DNA from: Saccostrea echinata
Lineage: Eukaryota
Assembly: GCF_033153115.1 (NCBI RefSeq)
Contig: NW_026889767.1
Location: forward strand, 4,774,001-4,838,000
Length of the DNA stretch: 64,000 bases
Direction: 5' to 3'
Numbering within the stretch: the first letter of the stretch is position 1; each line of letters starts with the position of its first letter. Under the pieces are notes generated by a model. It saw only the letters and a program-made list of their open reading frames with translations, was not told the origin of the DNA and did no database searches. This document shows positions 1 to 10,900 of the stretch, piece after piece. Position numbers and translations under genes: made by a program.

Positions 1-185
1 GGTTTCTGGTTTTAATATTCCTCGGATGGCCGATCGGGTTCTTCATCGCTTGGTTGTATGTGCTTCTACTTCCGTTTGGAGCGTGTATTGCGCCAATCAA
101 AGACGTCAATCAACAGATACTCAGAGTTGTGCAACTTCCGTTGACATGCGCAGAGAATATGGTTGGAATGAAACCAATGTGTTAA
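1..185 (+). CDS. 3' part of a small hydrophobic, Cys-containing putative membrane protein (5' end outside window)
   Basis: Frame starting at nt 3 reads FLVLIFLGWPIGFFIAWLYVLLLPFGACIAPIKDVNQQILRVVQLPLTCAENMVGMKPMC*, with TAA at 183-185. GC is elevated relative to the flank, and AATAAA occurs at ~278 and ~338. Not in the ORF track because its start lies outside the window. Confidence 0.7.
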   Translation, partial: FLVLIFLGWPIGFFIAWLYVLLLPFGACIAPIKDVNQQILRVVQLPLTCAENMVGMKPMC

Positions 186-1925
186 ACATACAATTTTAAA
201 ATGTACTCTTGCAAACTACACTTTTAGGCAGCAAAGTACAAATGTTATTTATTTTATATCGAACGTTTATATTTTTAAATAAATGTTGTGCCTGCATGCA
301 TGCAATTTACATTTTTGTATTCAAACCATACAAACAAATAAATATGATGATTATTATTATGTCATTATTTATAACTTCCAAAGTATATTTTTCAAAGTCC
401 TCAATGTCTCTTTTTTTTTTTTTTACCTGGTACTTTTTTTCTTTCTACAGTTATCCCCCCCCCCCCCCCCCCCCCGCACACCACTTCTAATTCATATATG
501 TACTTGGACTTCCAGTCATTAAAAAGGATTTTGATCAAGTTTGTTTGCATTTAACAATCTCTTACTCTGTTTTTAATTATGTCTCTCAACTCTTTTACAT
601 TGTATTTCTGATTTTTTTTTTACATAATAGGAGTTAAAATTTCTCTTTTAGATTTTCAACAAAGAATAAAACAAACATTTGTTCACATTAATCTTATTTT
701 TTTTAATTGCCACAATTTCATAAAAATGTATTGCTGATTTTTTTTTTTTGGTCACTGTCAAGTATTACTTTTTTCTTACAATATCAATTACACAAACACA
801 TTAAACTGTAATCAATCTGATAATATCTATAAAACGTAAGTATCAATTATCATGATATAATTGTGGATTCTGTCACATCAATATCATATGCACAGTCATT
901 AAAAATTCCCAGTCACTACAAAGATAAACCTTGCGTTATTTTTTTCAGGTTTTCACACTGTAAATTCATAATTCATAAAAAAAAATTCACTATTAATCCT
1001 CCTGCATTCATGCTAATTTTAAAACATATTAATGACTTTCTATAAATACTGAAAAATAAAATTTATATCAATAACAGAGAAAATGACTATCTTTTAAGGA
1101 ACATAGCACTGATCTTTTTTGGAAAAGATGTTGCTATAGGAAAAAAATCTGTAACTAAATGCCTCTCTGCGACAATTTAAAAATAAATATCTATTTTACA
1201 ATTGCATATACGTTGTAAATGCATTATTTGGCAGATATTAAAACTAAAGATATAAAAAAAAACCTCTACATATATGTAATTATACAAAAGATCTCAAATT
1301 TTGAGAAGAATATTACAGATAAATGGATAGGAAATTTAAGAAATCAAAAATACTGTTTAGTATCATAGTAAGGGTGAGAGCAGAGAGGATGTACATAACT
1401 TTATTTAATTATCCATAACAGGCAGATACATGTATATAAGTTACCAATACAAAGTATTGGTGAAGACTAAAATTTCAAATATTATTCAAATACCATCTGA
1501 AACCTTCATTACCAATATTTAAAAAAAAAAACCATACATAAACATCCACTTAGGTTATTGCAACTAAAAATGTTCATGATGCCCATAGAAAAAAAAATAT
1601 TCCAGAGAAAAATATTTTTAAAGGAAAAAAAAATCCATAACTACATGTAATATCATTAAATTCCCATTACTTCCCAAAATATTAAAAAGAAAAAAAAAAT
1701 CATAACAAAATCTTACAATGATTGAGCATAAGTTCTCCATTGAATCAATTACCTTACAAAAAATCTCACTTAACTAGCACTTTTTCCCCCACAAAAATTA
1801 ACCAATCACAATTATTCATGCAAATTATCAATGCAATCAACTCCTTAATTCCATGTCCACGTCATGAATTACTTCCTTATTCCTGATTTAGCCGGCAGTA
1901 CACCACTGCACTGTCACAGACTCTA

Positions 1926-4900
1926 TCATAACATCCGCCGTATCATGTAGTTAAGGATTCCGCCGTGCCTAAAGTAGGTCAACTCCACCTCCGTGTCGAA
2001 CCTCGTTTTGACTTGGAATGTTTTGCCGTTACTCAGCTGAAGGAAAAAACATCATCATGATGATCAATTAATTGATTTAAAAAAAAAAAATGAGATAAAT
2101 TTATACTTCATAAAATGTCATTAGTTATGGTTTAGTAAAATACATGTATATCACTACATTATCAGAGCTGGAAAAAAATCTTAAGTTTCAAAAGTTGAAA
2201 AAAATTATCAAAAGAATCTTAGTAACAAATAATGCCAATGTTAAAATGATAATGAGGGATTAACCTGTAACAAAGTGTAAAACAACAATTTCACTGTTCA
2301 AATCAGTGAGAGAATATGTAACTAAGTCAATAAAGATGGTCCAAAACATTCATTGAATTCAATATCACACAGTACAGCAACCAATATGCCTAACTCATGA
2401 ACCTATTAACATTGAATTGGTATGGTTTCACTGAAGGCATGATCATGTTAATATTTGCCTCTAATCTTTTTTTTCCAACTTTACTGAACTACAGCCACTC
2501 TAAATATAGTAACACATGCTTACATTGAAGTGCTAGAGACGAGGGTTTCACTTCGTTATAGACATAATTCATTATATCTTTTAAGTTAATAATATGATTT
2601 TAGCCCACAGAGAATGAAAATCCCTTCACTATAAGCATAAATTCATTATTAACTTGTTTGCTATAAGGGTGTTTTACTGTATAAAGAATTTTGACCTTGA
2701 CCTCTATCACCACTCACCTTGACCTCTAACACTTGACCTGCCGTGAGGTTATCGGGGATATCTACAGAGTAGGTCTCTGTGCCAGTCAGCCCCAGGCTCT
2801 CAGCGGTCTGTCCCTCCAAATACTGGAACGGGATGATCCCCATCCCCACCAGGTTACTACGATGGATTCGTTCATAACTCTCAGCTATGACTGCCTTAAT
2901 TCCCTGTTAGAAAAAAAAGCAATCTTCTAGATTGATGTTACATGCATTCATTCACGCAAATAGTTTAATACGAATACAGTCAAACCTTGTTGTCTCAAAC
3001 TCAATGGGACAGAGAAAAAACTTCGAGATATCCGAGGATTTAAGATATCCAGTGTAAAATATGTAAAGAATAAGAAGTTGGGACTTCAAAATCACTTGGA
3101 CATGTCCATGATATTCGAGATATCAGTGTTTGAGATACCAAAGTTCAACTGTATATGCTCAAAGAAAGAATCCTTTTGTGTAAGTAAGGGAGTTATTTAT
3201 TTATAAAACCTGGATTTGTAAGAACCCTCATGTCTATTCCTCACAAATATTTCTGCTGCTAAAAACCTTCCTATAAATACATGTATGGTAAATGAATTTT
3301 TATATGCAGTAAATGAAGTACTGGAAGTGAGATTCCAGACTATTTCAGAAGAGACTTTAGAAAACAATCGGCTTGTGTGATATTGTGTAACGGGCATTTG
3401 GTACGTCAGACCAGTAGCTCAGTGGTAGACATGGTTAACAGGAGGTACCGAGTTTGAGTTCCCAGTCTAGCTGACATTTTCCCCGGCTTGTTATATTTGG
3501 TGCCCAACAACAAAACCCACGAGTGGTTTAGTGGAATCTTATGAGGTTTTCAGGATGGAAAACCTCAAAAAAGGAGTGTGTTACAGGGATTGAGTATTTG
3601 TTTATGTCTACCACATTTTAAGCAAAATAAATCTGTAGCAATGACATCCAAACTTAACAGCATTAATCATTAACTTCTCATTACCAGTATCCAGGGTCCC
3701 TTGGCTGCCCAGTCTCGGGACGACCCAGACCCATACTCTTTCCCTGCAAGAACAATGACCTGGCGACCATCCTTCTTATACCTCTCAGAGGCATCAAATA
3801 TGTCCATCTACAAAAAAGGGGAAAAAAATGAATTCAAAACAGAATGTCTTAATCTTGAGATTTGCATTAAATGATGGCATTTGAGTTAATAGAATAGTGA
3901 ATCTTAATTGATTCAACAGAGAATGGGGTTGCTGGTAAAAACTCTATTTTCAAAAATTTTCTTTAGTCAATCTGGTTGAATATTGGTTGAATTTTCTCTT
4001 AGAGTTAACAAAAAAAAAACATTAAGTGGGTTGTTTGTAATAACTAAGATGTGTCGATTACTCCACGAATGTCCCCACAAGCAGCCAAAATTTCAAAAGC
4101 AATATTTAGATTTAAATTTGTATTGAACTTGAACTGTATTTTCCGGAAACTGAAAATTTCTTATTTTTTTCCAAGTTCAAGAGGGATATCTCTGTCAAAA
4201 ATCACAGGACCATGACCAAATTCGAATTTGACCTGTATTTTTTGATAATATACCTGCATATGCAATTTCATCCTTATACATACATCCCTACAAAAGTTAG
4301 AGAGTGGAAACTGATAATTTCTTATTTTTTTTGTAAGTTCAAGAGGGATAACTCTGTCAAAAATCAACAGACCAGGACCAAATTTGAATTTGACCTGCAT
4401 ATACATATGTCGTATCCATATGTCAAATTAGATTTGAATGTGTGCAACTGTTGCAGAGATAATGAACAGAAAATGAAGGATGACGGAATGACAGAATGAC
4501 AGAACTGGGCAACACTATATGCCCCGGCCATTTTATGGCGGGGGTATAAAAATAAAAACCTTTTTTTCTCATCAAGATGGTTATCAAAATGAGTCTGACC
4601 CAAATCAAAATGAGACATAAGTCCCTCCCCCCCTCTCCAAAAAAAAAAAGCCTTGTGGTACAAGCATCACCAAAAAATAAAAAGTAACCCTTCTCTTTTG
4701 CACAAAGAGCCCTTCCAATCTCCACTAACCTCATCTCCGGATGGAATGTGTCGGGTCCTAGGACCAGCTTTGCTCATGAACTTGTTGACTAGACGAATAT
4801 TGGCAAAGGTTCCTCTCGCCATCACAGCATCATTCCCTCTACGAGATCCGTATGAGTTAAATTCACGAGGGGTTAACCTGTTAAAAAAATGTGAAGACAA

Positions 4901-7900
4901 TATTTTGCTTGAAAAACCTGCTTTTTTATGTTCGAACTATAAAAGTGAATGTGTTTATTAAAATTTTTATCACATACACGCAGCGGTGAAAAATAGAATC
5001 AAAGTACAGAATATTTCCATATACATGTGTTAGATGTACTTATTTTACAATGCTTCATAATTCAACTTTAGGGGTTTAAAGCAATATATGCACTGTATTT
5101 CCAAAAGCCTATGAATTCAACACTCCAAAGTAAGAACATTTCAAGGGATTCATAAACATACAAAAATTTTTCATACTTTGACTCAAGGGAGCTTAGTCAT
5201 AAGCTCTGAATACCTACCCTCTGTTGCCTAGGTAACGTGCTGCGGGGCTGTTTCTAGCTATACTACCGGCAGGGGATATGTGATCTGTGGTCACAGAATC
5301 TCCCAAATTCAGTAAAACGTGGGCATCTTTGATGCTTTCTGGTTTAGTGACTTCCTTACCCTGTAGAAAGAAGAAAATTTTCATAACAAACTTTTTAGGA
5401 AGAACTTTTGCTCAATATTTATAAAAATTTTATTTACCGCTCTTTATTGAGGGGTCAAACCTTACCATGTTTTCAAAGAAGGGAGGTGACTTGATGTATG
5501 TTGACTTCTCGTCCCAGGGATAAAGCATACCTTCAGGTGCTACTAACGAGTTCCAGCGTTTGTTTCCTTGCTGTTAATTTAATATGTCTAATATTAAATA
5601 TTACTATAATAAACCAGCATCAGACAATTTTTTGGAGAACATTAGTCAAAATCACTTATGCTGAATTAGAATAATTTGTATTTCAATAATTTTCATTACT
5701 GACATTTGACACTAGAAATTGGCTGGCACAATACATTGTACTAACTAAAGATTTCTTTTTAATAAAAAAAAAAAAAAAGAAGAAGCAAAGACATGCTGTT
5801 TTTAGCAACACATTTAAACATTTATCAATGTTAAAAACTATTAAACTTTAAATTCAGACATACTGTTCATATACATTGATATAATTTAAGTATTTCTTAA
5901 ACTCTGATATACAGAACAAAAATAAGAACATTCAAACAGAATAATTGACACCAACCTGGATTCTTGAGTAGACGTCGGTGAACATCGCAGGGACAACAAA
6001 TTCTTTTTCCACTGCCTGTTACAAATAACAACATTGGCATACATATACGTACAAGATAATAATTTTATGAAGGACAAAGAATATTCTGCATGTTAACACT
6101 TTGCATTTTGTCAAGGAAACCATGTTAAGGTCAAGATCTAGTAAATGAAAGGTGCCTACAGATTTTTTAAATTTGAGAAATAAATTCCATAAATTATGCA
6201 TTATAACTTTAGATTGGTCATTTAAGGTGTTTCGGGCATAATATGTAGATGAACAAGACGAAAAATCATATTTTAAACTGTCATTTTCAATGAAAAATTA
6301 AGAAAACCAGTCAGGAATACAGGAGTTTTTTTCCATATCAGACAAAGGACATGTGGCCTCTAAGAAAATGATAATTTGTATGTTCTTGGTCTCTTCTTAA
6401 AATAATATTAAACTGAATATAGGTATCGGGATTACTTTTCACATGACTTCAAATTAAACTCCTTGAAAATACTTTATTTTCTACATAATTAAATTAGACT
6501 GTAATGTACGGGAAAAAGAGAAGTTAAAATTGATTAGGCCAATTCAACTTAATTAGTAGATTATCATCCAGGGTCACTAAAAAATATGGGGCAGGTGGGA
6601 GGGTTTTATTTTTTATTTATCAGTTTTTTTTGTGTCCGATTTTGACAGTAATTCACGCCATCTGAATGTCAGGTTGGGGTGGATTGTTGTCAATATTTCC
6701 GCTCACGAAATCACTGTAGAAATCGATGATTGTTTTTTCATCACTAAAATTTGTAGCATACCAACCCCTTCTTTCGTTCACGCCTGTCACAACACGAGAA
6801 ATAATAAAAACCATTTCTCTTCTTGACATGCGGTTCTTGATGTTTCTAAACAGGAAATACTTTTTGAAATATAAATACAGGAATCAAACACGAAAAATCC
6901 GGGAAACATCATTCTTGCAAAAATAAAAAAAATTGGAGCGGGCCAATTTCTGAGGGGCGGGCGGGGATGATAATCTGTCAATTAAGTTGAATTGGCCTTA
7001 TGACGTCATAATGGATCTAGCACCAAAAAGTTTCTAAAGTCATTTACTAGATCTTGACCTGAAAATTTTAAGACCTTTTATCCCCCCTCCCTCCAAGCCT
7101 TTTGATGCATCTAATCCCTTTCTGTATACATATTTACTCCGTAAGAAACATACCTGGATTTCCTCTCTTGTTGGCCAAATATCTCTAAGATAAACTGGCT
7201 TGCCTTCAGGATTAGTACCTAAAAAGAAAGGAAAAGGATTTTAAAAATAAATCATACAGTACTTGTAGCATATTACAGTGAAAACTGCCTATTCTGACAC
7301 CTGTTGCAATCTGTTTCACTGTGAATCCCAACCTTTTTTTGATTTTCATTCCCATTTTTTCTTTACACCGTGCCATCTGACACACTGACTATTCCTTTAC
7401 AAAAATTTGTTTCCCAGTGCATATCGGATAAGACAGGTTTCACGTACACGTAACTGAAATCACTTCTTTTTAGTGTGTCATTCTGACTGGCTTCAAAAAC
7501 TAAACTTGGGAGGCAGGAAATTTCACTACCTTTGGTCAAAATAACCGTCCTGGATTGAATTGCTTTTTATTTTTATTTTAAGTTTCAGTCATGCAAATGA
7601 CTGTATACAATTGAAATCAAATTTACATGTATATAAATGTCCAAAACAGTGACAGGTACACGAATCATATCAGTGCAGAGGTGAGCATGTACTGTGCATT
7701 TAATTTGTTATTAAAATCTAAATCAGGGTGGGGTTTTTTTTGCAATTCGTGGGAGAGTAAAAAAAAAAACTCTTGTACATTACTCAATGGTACCACATAA
7801 CATACCCCTGTACTTGTAAACTAAAAACCAAACAAACAAACAAAAACCAACACAACAGAGCAAATTCCTACAAGTTTATTCCCTCCAACTTTGTTGCACG

Positions 7901-10900
7901 GGGATAAAAAAGGGTCAAAGAAAACAACTAAACAAAAGTACAGTGGTCGACTAATCCACCATACAGGGTAAATGTTTATATCTCACCCAGTGGATCTTTT
8001 TCAAAGTCAATAAGGACGGTTCCAGCAAGGGCATATGCGATGACTAGGGGTGGTGAGGCGAGGTAATTAGCTCTGGTGAGTGGATGGATCCTTCCCTCAA
8101 AATTCCGGTTCCCTGACAGAACCCCACATGCTACCAGGTCACCCTATAATATGTACATGTAGAAAATGAAAGTAGCATGAAGTGTGTAAAAACCTTGAAC
8201 AACCTTGTGGTCATTATTTTTTATACATAGAAAACCATTTTTTTTTTTTCATTCCAATTAAGCTACAGAGATTATAATTATTCATGTGCATAAATTATAC
8301 ACGCATAAGTTAGATGGGGAAAAAAAAAGATGCAAGTATTTTTCATAAAGTACTATGAATTACCTCTGTATGTGTTTGTTCTAAGTTTTTTTTTCAAAAA
8401 TTAATATACTGTTAAGTACCTGAGACACATTTTTTAGGGCAGCTCATAATTACTTACAATATTAAATATTCCTGAGTATCAAAACCCTATTTACCTTTTC
8501 TATGCCTTCTGACACAGGTTCTGGTAGGGGCCCGCTGTTACCAATGCACGTCATACAACCGTATCCTACGATGTCAAACCTGTCAACATCATTTTTATAT
8601 CATCAATGAAGTTAACTTTATCAGAAAAAAAAGTTCATGATTTTGTTTAAAGTCAATTTTTTGGAAAAGAAATAGATCAATTGGTTTTAGCTGAGCTGGT
8701 TTTTAATACCATCTCTATGCTGTCTAACAATTAAGACTTTTAAAATGGGAGTTTTTCTTTGTACAGGGTTTTTCCATTTTTCTTAAGAATTTTGACACTT
8801 ACACTTTTTTCAAGTACAAGGTGTTCCACTTCTCCCAAGATTTTGACATTTACCCTAGTTTTTCTAGGCAAGGAGTGACTCTTCTTTCCAAAAGATTTTT
8901 TAAATTTACCCTTGTTTTTCTAAGTTCTTCCCTGTGAGTTTTGACACTTACCCTAGCTTTTCTAGGTAAGGGGTGACTCCACTTTCCCTGAGGTAGTAAG
9001 TGACAACTCCACTTCCTGGAGACAGACTGGTTTTGATGTATGGTTTGACACTTAGCCCCGCCTCTACTGCTTTTTTAGCCAATATCCCTGCAGAGACAAA
9101 TTGTATGCAAATTCATCATAAGGTATGCTGATTATGATGCACATGAACTGTAGGATAATCTATGTGAATATTAATATGGAAGACAGATTACTCACAATAA
9201 TATCATATATGCTTTTATGATTTATAGAACCATTCATATGGAGAAAATGTGCAAATACTTCCTACAAGAATTTCCACATTTATAGTCTTTTTGGAATGTT
9301 GAAAGTCTCAAAGACAGAAGGATGAAAGAAAAAAAAATAAAATTGGTATGATGAACTAATGTTTCTACAAGGTATTGCATCAAAAACTGGCAAAAGTATA
9401 CAGTATTTAAACATTAAAAATTTTCTGTTGTGTATTATACCATAGAATTTTTTTTTTCTATGCGTAACAATTTTTGCGCAAATATTCCAAAAGACTGTAA
9501 TTTTCATTTTGCATAGTCCTATTTTCCTGATTCTTCCAATGGTTTATTAGAGTCAAATCTATCGATCTATGACATCTATAAATTTCTTAAACGGTGATAA
9601 TTTTGCAAAAATTCAATTTTTGGTGATCTAAAAAAAAAGCGAAAATTGCATTATCACAAAAATTGCCCATTATATGGTATTTCACCAACACTTACCAGCT
9701 CCCAGCATCACACTAGGGTTACTGGTGTTAGTACAGCTGGTGACGGCTGCTATGACGACAGAACCATGTGACAGGACATACTCTTTGTTGTCGAACACAA
9801 TGGGAACTTTTGTATCCTGCTTATCAGCTGGTATTGCAAAACCCTAAAATAGACCATTCAAAAACAGTTATTACCTGAAGCATTTGATAAAATCATGAAA
9901 ACTTTTAAACACCTCGCTTCTCTTCCCATTTCATACCCTTTGAGTCTAAAATTGCCAGTATTATCTCATACTTAAAATAAATCCGCTTCGAATGAAATTG
10001 ATTTTTACATTTACTATATTTTAGGTGTATATTTCTACCATGTTAATAGCTCTCCTTCTGTGTTCCGTACCACACTGACCCAAAAAAGTGACAAAATTGA
10101 AAATTTCCTCTTTGTAACTGAGTCTTAATACCAATTCATAAAATATCCACATGAATAATTTTCACAACAAACAAATACAGTACCTTGAATCCTATCTTGT
10201 TATCCAGACAGGCCTTGAAGTCAGTCTTCATCTCGGACACAGCGACCTTGTCGTGGGGGCGTTTGGGTCCAGAGCAACAGGACACAACTGTACTCAGGTC
10301 CAGCTCTACCACCTACAGATATTGGAGGAGTATTTTATATTTACTGAGGTCTACATTCTTTCAACCTTCTGTCACAAGAGAGTTCATATAAATATAATTT
10401 ATACAGTATACATGTACCATCAGTAACTAAGGGATTCTCAATAGCCTTGAATGAAAAAAAAAAAAGCTTTAGCAGTGGAAAAAACTCCTGCAGATAAAAT
10501 CAAAATTGCTTTCATTTTTTTCCGTCCTATTCCTACATCTATTTAATTTCACTCATCTTGTAAAATGCCAGTAATATATATTTATACATGTATATTTAAT
10601 GACCCCTCACCTGTGAAAACACTGGATCCTCCTCAGGATTGCTGTAGTTTCTAAACAGTTTGATTTCTCTTAGGAATTTCTCAATGAACTTGATTCTCTC
10701 CTCTGACCTCCCTGCAAGACAAAGCTAGCTTAGAAACACAGGAATATTTTCTAATATGACTATCAAAATATTTATGACTTGAAGTTGTTTTAATGTACAT
10801 TTGCCATCTGAATCCATGTGTAAATTTCACCCAGCACTGATCAGAAATTCTAATATGGGAAACGAAAGTTTTGTATTCTGCATAATCATGCATCCAGTAA

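Noticed and set aside
1893-1922. CAGTG motifs just after the ACO1 stop (minus strand) as a possible iron-responsive element
   Set aside because: Neither CAGUGN sits on a 5-bp upper stem with a bulged C. The best local fold is CAGUGCA-GUGG-UGUACUG, which puts CAGUG in the stem.
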